Shown one piece after another: positions 18,272-26,072 of a stretch of DNA of 64,000 bases. Numbering within the stretch: position 1 is the first letter of the stretch; each line of letters starts with the position of its first letter. Both the position numbers and the translations under genes were made by a program. The notes under the pieces are model-generated. The model was given only the letters and a program-made list of their open reading frames with translations, was not told the origin of the DNA and did not search any database. Source of the stretch: an uncultured Bifidobacteriaceae bacterium (lineage in GTDB: Bacteria > Actinomycetota > Acidimicrobiia > IMCC26256 > PALSA-555); NCBI GenBank assembly GCA_964501785.1, contig CAZCUD010000006.1, positions 158,084 through 222,083 of the forward strand, given 5' to 3'.

Positions 18272-19887
18272 GCCGTGGTGGTGGGCGCGCCCGTGGGCTG
18301 TCGGTCGGGGATCCGGCGACTGGTGAACAGCGCGACGAGACCGAACAGCGCGAGGACGGCCAGCGCGGCGCGCAGGGCCTCGATCCGTGCCTCTTCGTTC
18401 TCCTCGACGATCGCTTGCGAAGACTTCGTGGAGACGCCCGCGTCCTCGAGCGCGGCCTCGAGGTCGACGTCGGAGATGAACGGGATCCCCGACGCCAGCT
18501 CGGTGGAAGCCTCGCTCGAGAGGTCGTCGGGCACGTCCGGGTTGTCGGCGATGCCGGTGAGGAACGACGCGGTCAAGATCGCGATCAGCACGGCACCGGC
18601 GAGCGCGGTGCCGATCGACGCGCCCAGGTTCGTCACGGTGTTCTGGAGCCCGCCGACCTCGCCCGTCTGCTCGTCCGGGACCGACGACACGGTCACCGCG
18701 CCGAGCTGCGACGCGAGCGCGCCGATGCCGAGCCCCGCGAGCAGCATCGGCACGGTCGTGACCTCGGCGCCGGCGCCCTCCTGGAGCAGCACGATGAGCA
18801 CGACGATCCCGAGGAGGAGGACGGCGAAGCCCACTCGGACCACGCGGCGCGGTGACGCCTGGGGCCAGAGCTTCGGGATGCCGACCGCGGCGACGAGCAG
18901 CGTCAGCGAGAGCGGGAGGAGTCGCACGCCCGTGTCGATCGCCGACAGACCCAGCGCCACCGACAGGAAGAGCGGCACGACGAAGAACAAGCCCATCTGG
19001 AGGAGGAACTGGAAGAAGAACGCCACCAAGCCACTGCGCAGGACGGCGTTCTTCAGCAGCTCCGGGTTCACGAGCGGCTCCGCGCCGCGGCGGACCTGGT
19101 GCGACTCCCAGCTCATGAAGCCCCACAGCACGAGGCCGCCCCCCAGCACGAGCCACAGCGTCGGCGAGCAACCCAGCCACACCGGCGCATCGGGCTTGGG
19201 CTGCACGAAACCCCAGCTCCCCGCCTTGAGGATCCCGAACACGACGAGCGCGAGGCCCAGCGCCGACAGCGCAGTGCCGACCAGGTCGAGGCGCACCCGC
19301 TCCTCGGGCGGCGCGTCCTGCATGCGACGCGTGAGCCAGAGGATCACGAGCACCATGAGCACCTCGCCGGCGAACACGTAGCGCCACGACGCGTAGGTGG
19401 TGAACAGCCCGCCGATGAGCGGCCCCGCCGCCACCGCGATCGCGGCGGCGGCCGCGACGAGGCCGTACGCCCGCGGCCGGTCGCGCTGCCCGAAGTTCGA
19501 CGCGACGAGCGCGACGATCGCGGGGAGGATGAGCGCGGCACCGATGCCCTCGAGCACCGACCACCCGATCATCAGCACGGTGAGGCTCGGTGCGATCGCG
19601 GTCGTGAACGAGCCGGCGCCGTAGATCACGCAGCCGATCGCGAACGCGCGCTTGCGTCCGATGATCGCCCCGATCTTGCCGCCGGTGATCATCAGCGCGG
19701 CCATCACCAGCGTGTAGAAGGTGATCGCCGTTTGGATGCCGGTGACGGTCGTGCCGACGTCGTCGGCCACCGTCGCGATCGCGACGTTCATCACCGACGT
19801 GTCGAGCGTCATGAGGAACTGCGCCGACGCCAGCGTCAGCAGCACGCCCCCGACCGCCGTTGCCGCGGCTGCCTTGTTCACCGGCAC
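18268..19887 (-). CDS. MFS transporter, DHA2 (EmrB/QacA-like, 14-TM) family
   Basis: ORF track with a GTG start. It has MFS motifs (LDTSVMNVA, GKIGAIIGRKRAF), about 14 hydrophobic segments and an acidic C-terminal domain. Confidence 0.95.
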   Translation of the reverse strand: MPVNKAAAATAVGGVLLTLASAQFLMTLDTSVMNVAIATVADDVGTTVTGIQTAITFYTLVMAALMITGGKIGAIIGRKRAFAIGCVIYGAGSFTTAIAPSLTVLMIGWSVLEGIGAALILPAIVALVASNFGQRDRPRAYGLVAAAAAIAVAAGPLIGGLFTTYASWRYVFAGEVLMVLVILWLTRRMQDAPPEERVRLDLVGTALSALGLALVVFGILKAGSWGFVQPKPDAPVWLGCSPTLWLVLGGGLVLWGFMSWESHQVRRGAEPLVNPELLKNAVLRSGLVAFFFQFLLQMGLFFVVPLFLSVALGLSAIDTGVRLLPLSLTLLVAAVGIPKLWPQASPRRVVRVGFAVLLLGIVVLIVLLQEGAGAEVTTVPMLLAGLGIGALASQLGAVTVSSVPDEQTGEVGGLQNTVTNLGASIGTALAGAVLIAILTASFLTGIADNPDVPDDLSSEASTELASGIPFISDVDLEAALEDAGVSTKSSQAIVEENEEARIEALRAALAVLALFGLVALFTSRRIPDRQPTGAPTTTA

Positions 19888-19914
19888 GTCCCCGCCATGG
19901 CCGGGGAGTCTGGC

Positions 19915-21489
19915 CTAGATGGCCCGCTCGCGCCCTTCCCAGTAGGGATCGCGCAGCTTGCGCTTGTAGAGCTTGCCGTTCGGGTCGCGGGGCATCTCGG
20001 TGGTGAAGTCGATCGACTTCGGCCGCTTGTACTTCGCGAGCCGCTCGGCCGACCACTCCATGATCTCGGCCTCGAGCTCGGGCCCGCCCTCGACGCCCTC
20101 GACCGGCTCGATGACGGCCTTGACCTCCTCGCCCCAGTCGTCGTGGGGGATGCCGAAGATCGCGACGTCGGCGACCTTCGGGTGCATGATCAGCTCGCTC
20201 TCGATCTCGGCGGGGTAGATGTTGGCGCCGCCCGAGATGATCATGTCGATCTTGCGGTCGGACAGGAACAGCCAGCCCTCGTCGTCGAGGTAGCCGACGT
20301 CGCCGACGGTGAAGAACTTGCCCTGCCGGCTCTTCTCCGTCTTCTCCTTGTCCTTGTAGTACTCGAAGTCACCCGTCATCATGTGCATGTAGACGGTGCC
20401 GACCTCGCCGGCGGGCAGCTCGTTGCCCTCGTCGTCGAGGATGACGACCTCCGAGATCGGCCACGCGCGGCCGACCGTGCCGGGGTGCTCCATCCACTCG
20501 TCGGCGAACACGATCGTGCCGCCACCCTCGCTCGCCGCGTAGTACTCGTCGATGACGGGTCCCCACCACTCGATCATCTGGCGCTTCACCTCGGGCGGGC
20601 AGGGCGCGGCGGCGTGCACCATGTGACGCAGCGACGACACGTCGTACTTCGCTCGTTCCTCCTCGGGCACGTTGAGGAGGCGGACGAACTGCGTCGGCAC
20701 CATGTGGGTGTTGGTGACCTTGTACTTGTCGATCAGGTGCAGCATCTGCTGCGGCGTCCACTTGTCCATCAGCACGATGGTGTGCCCGATGTTGATGGCC
20801 GAGCCGGAGAAGTTGAGGACGGCCGTGTGGTACAGCGGCGAGCCGACGATGTGCACGTTGTCGTCGAAGGGCTGGAGCCGGAACATGTAGAGCATCCCGC
20901 CGAAGCCGTTGCCCGCCTCTTCGGGGGTCGCGTCGGCGAGCTTGCGCCGGACGCCCTTGGGCTTGCCGGTCGTGCCCGACGTGTAGTTCATGACCATTCC
21001 CTGCGTGCGGTCGGCCGGGTCGGTCGTCGGCTGGCCGTCCTTCAGCGCGCTGAACGGGCGGAACCCGTCGATGTCGCCGCCGACGGAGAACCGCGCCTCG
21101 GCGGGGAAGTCGATCTCGTCGGCCGCGGCCTTGGCGACGTCGGCGAAGCGCTCGTGGGCCACGAACGCCTTCGCCTCGGAGTCGTCGACGATGTATGCCA
21201 CCTCGGGGCCGACGAGGTGCCAGTTGATCGGCACCATGTAGAAGCCGGCCTGGCTGATCGCGAGGAACAGCTCGAAGACCTCGGCGCAGTTGGGGAGCAG
21301 GATCGCGACCGCGTCGCCCTTCTGGAAGCCCAGCTCGCGCAGCCCGTGGACGAGCTGGTTCGCCGACGCCAGGAGCTCGCCGGCCGAGATCTCCTTCTCG
21401 TCGGGGTCCACCAGCGCCAGGTGGTCGGGGCGGGCCTTGGCGATGTCCCAGAAGCCCAGGGTCGCGGGGATCTCAGCAGCGTCGGTCAC
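19915..21489 (-). CDS. AMP-forming acyl-CoA synthetase (FadD-like)
   Basis: ORF track with GTG start 21489. It has the AMP-binding motif YTSGTTGKPKGV and GDVGYLDDEGWLFLSDRKIDMIISGGANIYP. Confidence 0.95.
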   Translation of the reverse strand: MTDAAEIPATLGFWDIAKARPDHLALVDPDEKEISAGELLASANQLVHGLRELGFQKGDAVAILLPNCAEVFELFLAISQAGFYMVPINWHLVGPEVAYIVDDSEAKAFVAHERFADVAKAAADEIDFPAEARFSVGGDIDGFRPFSALKDGQPTTDPADRTQGMVMNYTSGTTGKPKGVRRKLADATPEEAGNGFGGMLYMFRLQPFDDNVHIVGSPLYHTAVLNFSGSAINIGHTIVLMDKWTPQQMLHLIDKYKVTNTHMVPTQFVRLLNVPEEERAKYDVSSLRHMVHAAAPCPPEVKRQMIEWWGPVIDEYYAASEGGGTIVFADEWMEHPGTVGRAWPISEVVILDDEGNELPAGEVGTVYMHMMTGDFEYYKDKEKTEKSRQGKFFTVGDVGYLDDEGWLFLSDRKIDMIISGGANIYPAEIESELIMHPKVADVAIFGIPHDDWGEEVKAVIEPVEGVEGGPELEAEIMEWSAERLAKYKRPKSIDFTTEMPRDPNGKLYKRKLRDPYWEGRERAI

Positions 21490-21503
21490 GAGAACCTGTT
21501 CTA
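21490..21503. promoter_or_regulatory. KstR-type operator-like box GAGAACCTGTTCTA abutting the acyl-CoA ligase start codon
   Basis: It matches TnnAACnnGTTnnA at 13 of 14 positions (first T is G). It is an imperfect palindrome lying directly upstream of GTG 21489 on the minus strand. Confidence 0.55.
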
Positions 21504-21774
21504 GCCGAGGGGACTCGCCGTCTGCCCACCCGCCGACCGCGAACCTGGGTGCGCTGCCGTGTACGCCGACCCCGCTCCGTCGACTCGCCTCGCTTCACCG
21601 GCCGAGCCCCTGCTCCCTCGCTTCGCTCGGTCGGCCGCGAGGCGGCCGGGTCTCGACCTGGCGAGGCGAACTGTCTCCTCCGGGGGTCTGCGCCCAGGAC
21701 ATCGCCGGGAGTTCGACTGCGCGCGAGTTGCCATGGCTGCGCAGCACGCGGCATGGCTGACCTGACACGCAGCG

Positions 21775-22677
21775 ATGGAGCTGGTCGACGCGCGCGAGCT
21801 GGTGCGCTCGGGGCGATTTGTCCAGACGAACGAGAAGACTGCCAAGGCCGTCGCTCACGGCGACATCTCGTCGGCGCACACGAAGATCCTTGCCCGCAAG
21901 GCACGCCACGTCGACGACCTGTTCCCCGACTTCGAGGACGCCCTCCTCGATGCCGCCCGCGCCGAGAAGCCGGACGAGTTCCGCGCCATCGCCACCCACT
22001 GGCGCGCCATCGCGGACGACATCCTCGACCGCAGGCCTTCCGACGACCGGTTCGATCGCCGTCACCTGCGCATCTCCGACGTCTTGGACGAGATGACCAG
22101 GATCGACGGCTACATCGACGGCGAGACGGCGGCGCGTCTGCGCAAGATCCTCGACGGGCTCGAGCCGCCCGATCCGGTCGACGGTCCCGAGCCGCCGCGC
22201 GCGCTCGGACAACGCCGCGCCGACGCGCTGACGAAGCTGGTCGGCGGCGAGCGAGCCCCGCGGGTCACGGTCCACGCCGTCGTCGACGCCGAGACGCTCG
22301 CGGGGCGCATGCCCGCTGATCTCACCGCGATGCGCTGCGACCTGCTCGGTGGCGGGACGCTCGACGTGGAGTCGATGCTGCGGATGACGTGCGACTGCTC
22401 GATCGCCCGTGTGCTGATGCGCGGGAAGGGCGAGGTCCTCGACCTGGGCCGATCGACGCCGGTGGTCAGCGATGCGTTGCGCCGAGCCCTGGCCGTGCGC
22501 GACGGCGGCTGCACCGAGCCCGGCTGTGGTGCACCGCCCGAGTGGTGCGACGCCCACCACGTCGTCCACTGGTCTCGAGGCGGATCGACCGAGCTGACCA
22601 ACCTCGAGCTGAAGTGCCGGCGCCACCACGTGGCCGCCCACCGTCGCCGCGGTCCACCGATGGACCTGGCCGCATGA
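21775..22677 (+). CDS. DUF222/HNH endonuclease (13E12-repeat-like), N-terminally truncated or interrupted
   Basis: ORF track. The HNH core is RDGGCTEPGCGAPPEWCDAHHVVHWSRGGSTELTNLELKCRRHH. The same frame continues upstream (21559..21765) and is separated by only one TGA. Confidence 0.8.
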   Translation: MELVDARELVRSGRFVQTNEKTAKAVAHGDISSAHTKILARKARHVDDLFPDFEDALLDAARAEKPDEFRAIATHWRAIADDILDRRPSDDRFDRRHLRISDVLDEMTRIDGYIDGETAARLRKILDGLEPPDPVDGPEPPRALGQRRADALTKLVGGERAPRVTVHAVVDAETLAGRMPADLTAMRCDLLGGGTLDVESMLRMTCDCSIARVLMRGKGEVLDLGRSTPVVSDALRRALAVRDGGCTEPGCGAPPEWCDAHHVVHWSRGGSTELTNLELKCRRHHVAAHRRRGPPMDLAA

Positions 22678-22692
22678 GCCGCGACGCGCCGA

Positions 22693-24387
22693 TCAGCCCG
22701 TCGCGATCCGCTTCGCCCAGCGGTAGTCGGGCTTGCCGACCGGGGTGCGCGGGATGTCGTCGGTGAGGTGCAGCTGACGGGGCACCTTGTAGCCAGCGAT
22801 CTTCGTGCGACAGAACTCCTGGAGCTCCTCGAGCTCGAGCGTCGCGTCGTCGCGAGGCGTGACGATCGCCGCGACCCGCTCCTGGAAGCGCTCGTCGGGC
22901 ACGCCGACGACGACCGCGTCGAACACGTCGGGGTGCGCCTTCAGCGCCGCTTCGACCTCTTCGGGGTACACCTTCTCGCCGCCGGTGTTGATGCACACCG
23001 AGCCGCGCCCGAGCAGCTCGAGCACGCCGTCGGCGCTGATCGTCGCGGAGTCGCCGGGGAGCACCCACCGCTTGCCGTCGGGGTCGACGAGGAACGTCGC
23101 CTTCGTCTTCTCCTCGTCCTTGTAGTAGCCGAGCGGGATGTGCCCGCAGCGCGCCAGCTTGCCGACCTGACCGGACCCCGGCTCGACGGGGCGACCGTCG
23201 TCGTCGAGGACGTTGGTGGTCGGGTTCATCGTGAAGCGCGGGCCGCCCTGCTCGAGGTCGGTCACCGTGCCGGCGTGGCCGGTCTCCGAGGCGCCGAAGC
23301 TGTCCATCACCATCGCGTTGGGGAGCAGCGACTGGAGCTCGGTGCGGATCGCCTTCGAGAGGATCGCGCCGCCCGACCCGACGACGAACACCGACGAGAG
23401 GTCGTAGTCCTCGGCCGGGTTCGCGATCGCGTCGGCGAGCGGGCGGGCCATCGCGTCGCCCACCACCATGATCGAGGTGGCCTGCTCGTCCGCCGCCATC
23501 TTGGCGACGTGCTGGCCGTCGAAGTGGTGATCGCAGCTGAGGACGACGGTGCCGCCGCCGTAGAAGCCGATGAAGCTCGCCCACTGCCCGCCGCCGTGCA
23601 TGACGGGCGCGTTCACGACGTTCACGTTGATCTGGTCGTCGGGCACGACGCGCTCGGCGAGCTCGTCGGGCGTCTCGATCGGGGGCTGGCCGAAGCCTCC
23701 ACCACCGAGGGCGGCGAAGAAGATGTCCTCGGCCCGCCAGAGCACGCCCTTGGGCATGCCGGTCGTGCCGCCCGTGTAGAGGATGTAGAGGTCGTCGGCC
23801 GAGCGGGGCGGGAACCCGCGCTCGGGCGACGCCGCCGCGAGGGCGTCCTCGTAGTCGACCGCGCCGAGCTCGGCGACCGCCTTGGCGGCGGCGTCCGAGT
23901 CGTCGCCGTCGTCGATCACGACGAAGTGGCGCAGCTTGGGGGTGTCGGGCCGCACCTCGGCGACCATGGGTGCGAACGAGCGCTCGAAGACGATCGCGAC
24001 CGAGTCGGAGTTCTCGAGCATGTAGCGCAGCTCGTCGGCGACGTAGCGGAAGTTGACGTTGATGACCGACGCGCGGGCCTTGTAGATGCCGAGCTCGGCC
24101 TCGATCCACTCGACCCGGTTCCACGACAGGATCGCCACGTGGTCGCCTGCACCGACGCCGTGGTCGAGGAGATGGTGGCCGAAGCGGTTGGCTCGCTCGT
24201 CCAGCTCTCGGTACGTGCGGCGCTCGTCCCGGTCGGGGACCCCGCCGTCGGATCGCGCCGGGCAGATCAGGGCGGGGCGCTCGGGCACCGTGTCGACGAC
24301 CACCTCGAACAGGTCGGCGAGGTTGAAGGTCCGTTCGGGGGGCGCCTCGGGGGCCTCGTTGCCGGGCACGGCCGGAGAGTAGAACAT
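22693..24387 (-). CDS. AMP-forming acyl-CoA synthetase (steroid/medium-chain FadD-like)
   Basis: ORF 22693..25287 trimmed to ATG 24387 (MFYSP...TFNLADLFE). It has YILYTGGTTGMPKGVLWRAEDIF and GGEKVYPEEVE. It is a paralog of 43649..45277. Confidence 0.9.
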   Translation of the reverse strand: MFYSPAVPGNEAPEAPPERTFNLADLFEVVVDTVPERPALICPARSDGGVPDRDERRTYRELDERANRFGHHLLDHGVGAGDHVAILSWNRVEWIEAELGIYKARASVINVNFRYVADELRYMLENSDSVAIVFERSFAPMVAEVRPDTPKLRHFVVIDDGDDSDAAAKAVAELGAVDYEDALAAASPERGFPPRSADDLYILYTGGTTGMPKGVLWRAEDIFFAALGGGGFGQPPIETPDELAERVVPDDQINVNVVNAPVMHGGGQWASFIGFYGGGTVVLSCDHHFDGQHVAKMAADEQATSIMVVGDAMARPLADAIANPAEDYDLSSVFVVGSGGAILSKAIRTELQSLLPNAMVMDSFGASETGHAGTVTDLEQGGPRFTMNPTTNVLDDDGRPVEPGSGQVGKLARCGHIPLGYYKDEEKTKATFLVDPDGKRWVLPGDSATISADGVLELLGRGSVCINTGGEKVYPEEVEAALKAHPDVFDAVVVGVPDERFQERVAAIVTPRDDATLELEELQEFCRTKIAGYKVPRQLHLTDDIPRTPVGKPDYRWAKRIATG

Positions 24388-24393
24388 GTTCTC
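24380..24393. promoter_or_regulatory. KstR-type operator-like box TAGAACATGTTCTC in a 9-bp divergent gap
   Basis: It contains the perfect 12-bp palindrome AGAACATGTTCT and fits TnnAACnnGTTnnA at 13/14 positions. It is centred on the ligase ATG (24385-24387) and ends 3 nt before the SDR ATG at 24397. Confidence 0.6.
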
Positions 24394-24396
24394 GTC

Positions 24397-25218
24397 ATGG
24401 AGGCGAGCGCACCTGACGTCGCAGGGCTGCTGGAGGGACGGGTGGCCGTCGTCTCGGGGATCGGTCCCGGGATGGGGCGGGCGATCGCGCTCGAGCTGGC
24501 CCGAGCCGGAGCCGACGTGGCGCTCGCCGCCCGGCGCGAGGAGTCGATGGCGCCCGTCGCGGCCGAGATCGAGGGGCTGGGGCAGCGGGCGATCGCCGTG
24601 CCGACCGACATCGGCGACGCCGACGCGTGCGCCCGACTCGCCGAGACGGCGGCCGGCGAGCTGGGCCATGTCGACGTGCTCGTCAACAACGCGTTCGCCG
24701 AGGAGGACTGGCACGACCCGTTCGACGGTTTCGACCCCGATCGCTGGCGCAAGCCGATCGACGTCAACGTGTTCGGGACGCTCCAGCTCACCAAGGCGTG
24801 CGTGCCGCACCTGCGGAAGTCCGCGACCGATCGGGGCGACGCGTCGGTGGTGATGATCACGACGCTGTCGGTGAAGAACCCGATCCCGCTGCTCGCGGGT
24901 TACGCGGCCTCGAAGCGCGCGCTCACGACCGCCGCGCACGTCCTGGCCAAGGAGCTCGGGCCGTCGAAGGTCCGCGTCAACTGCGTCGCGCCCGGTCACA
25001 TCCGTGGCCGGTCGCTCGACGAGTACTTCGAGTGGATCGCGGAGCAGCGCGGCGTCACCCCCGACGACGTGGCCGACGAGATCGCGGCCATGAACCCCCT
25101 GCAGCACCTCGCCTCGCCCGAAGAGATCGCACCTGCGGTCCTGTTCTTCGCGTCGCCGCTGGCCCGGGTGATCACCGGCCAGACCCTCGACGTGAACTGC
25201 GGCCGCACCATGGACTGA
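24397..25218 (+). CDS. SDR-family oxidoreductase
   Basis: Tail of ORF 22768..25218, starting at ATG 24397. Cofactor motif SGIGPGMG; catalytic YAASK. Confidence 0.9.
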   Translation: MEASAPDVAGLLEGRVAVVSGIGPGMGRAIALELARAGADVALAARREESMAPVAAEIEGLGQRAIAVPTDIGDADACARLAETAAGELGHVDVLVNNAFAEEDWHDPFDGFDPDRWRKPIDVNVFGTLQLTKACVPHLRKSATDRGDASVVMITTLSVKNPIPLLAGYAASKRALTTAAHVLAKELGPSKVRVNCVAPGHIRGRSLDEYFEWIAEQRGVTPDDVADEIAAMNPLQHLASPEEIAPAVLFFASPLARVITGQTLDVNCGRTMD

Positions 25219-25292
25219 CCGTCGTCGTGATGCGTGGCTGAACCCTCTCCACGAAGGTGACCTGCGCATCCAGAGAAGGGAACGCACGACCG

Positions 25293-26072
25293 ATGTTGCT
25301 GAAGGACAAGCGTTGCATCGTCTCGGGGATCGGGCCGGGGCTTGGCAAGGAGATCGCGCTCGCGTTCGCCCGTGAAGGGGCGGACGTGGCGCTGGGGGCG
25401 CGCACCGAGTCGTACCTCGAGGAGGTGCACGCCGAGATCGAGGCGCTGGGGCGGCGGGCCGTCCACGTGCGCACCGACATCACCGACCAGGCGCAGTGCG
25501 ACGCGCTCGTGCAGGCGACCGTCGACGCGTTCGGGGGAGTCGACGTGCTCGTGCACAATGCGTTCGCGCCCGACGTGTTCCAGCTCTTCGAGGACGTCGA
25601 CCTGTCCGCCTGGCGTCACATGATGGACGTGAACCTCTTCGGGAGCCTCCAGCTCTCGAAGTCGGTCATCCCCCAGATGAAGGCGCAGGGCGGCGGATCG
25701 ATCGTCTTCGTCAACTCGATGATCATCCGCAAGATCCTCCCGCTCCAGGGTGGGTACGCCACCTCCAAGGGTGCGCTCATGACCGCCGCGCAGGTGCTGG
25801 CGAAGGAGCTCGGTCCGCACAAGATCCGGGTGAACTCGATCGTCCCCGGGTGGATGTGGGGTCCCGGCGTCGAGATGTACATGGAGATGCTCGCGTCGGG
25901 GTCGGGCAAGACGCCGCAGGACCATTACGACGAGATCGCGGCCGACATCGCGCTCGGCGAGATCCCGCCCGACGACGACTGCGCCAACGCCGCAGTGTTC
26001 TTCGCGTCCGACCTGTCGTCGGTGATCACCGGTCAGGCGCTCGACGTCAACGGCGGCGAGGTGTTCCACTGA
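25293..26072 (+). CDS. SDR-family oxidoreductase (tandem paralog of 24397..25218)
   Basis: ORF 25257..26072 trimmed to ATG 25293. Cofactor motif SGIGPGLG; catalytic YATSK. Confidence 0.9.
   Translation: MLLKDKRCIVSGIGPGLGKEIALAFAREGADVALGARTESYLEEVHAEIEALGRRAVHVRTDITDQAQCDALVQATVDAFGGVDVLVHNAFAPDVFQLFEDVDLSAWRHMMDVNLFGSLQLSKSVIPQMKAQGGGSIVFVNSMIIRKILPLQGGYATSKGALMTAAQVLAKELGPHKIRVNSIVPGWMWGPGVEMYMEMLASGSGKTPQDHYDEIAADIALGEIPPDDDCANAAVFFASDLSSVITGQALDVNGGEVFH

Noticed and set aside
19099-21504. An 801-aa plus-strand ORF. Similar long antisense ORFs lie at 9018..10877, 12881..14884, 22768..24396, 32837..34039 and 43565..45661.
   Set aside because: All lie opposite genes with strong signatures (MFS, FadD, Pat-like, P-type ATPase, ligases). 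Their translations lack motifs, so I treat them as GC-driven artefacts.
21700-21760. GAGTTCGACTG resembling a tRNA T-arm (GGTTCGAnTC).
   Set aside because: The flanking sequence cannot form a T-stem, acceptor stem or anticodon arm. The segment is instead in frame with the DUF222 remnant (REFDCARV).
21763-21765. The in-frame TGA in the DUF222/HNH gene as a selenocysteine or programmed read-through site.
   Set aside because: There is no Cys-homologous position expected there and no obvious downstream stem-loop resembling a SECIS element. Family members are not selenoproteins. A nonsense mutation or a shorter gene is the simpler explanation.
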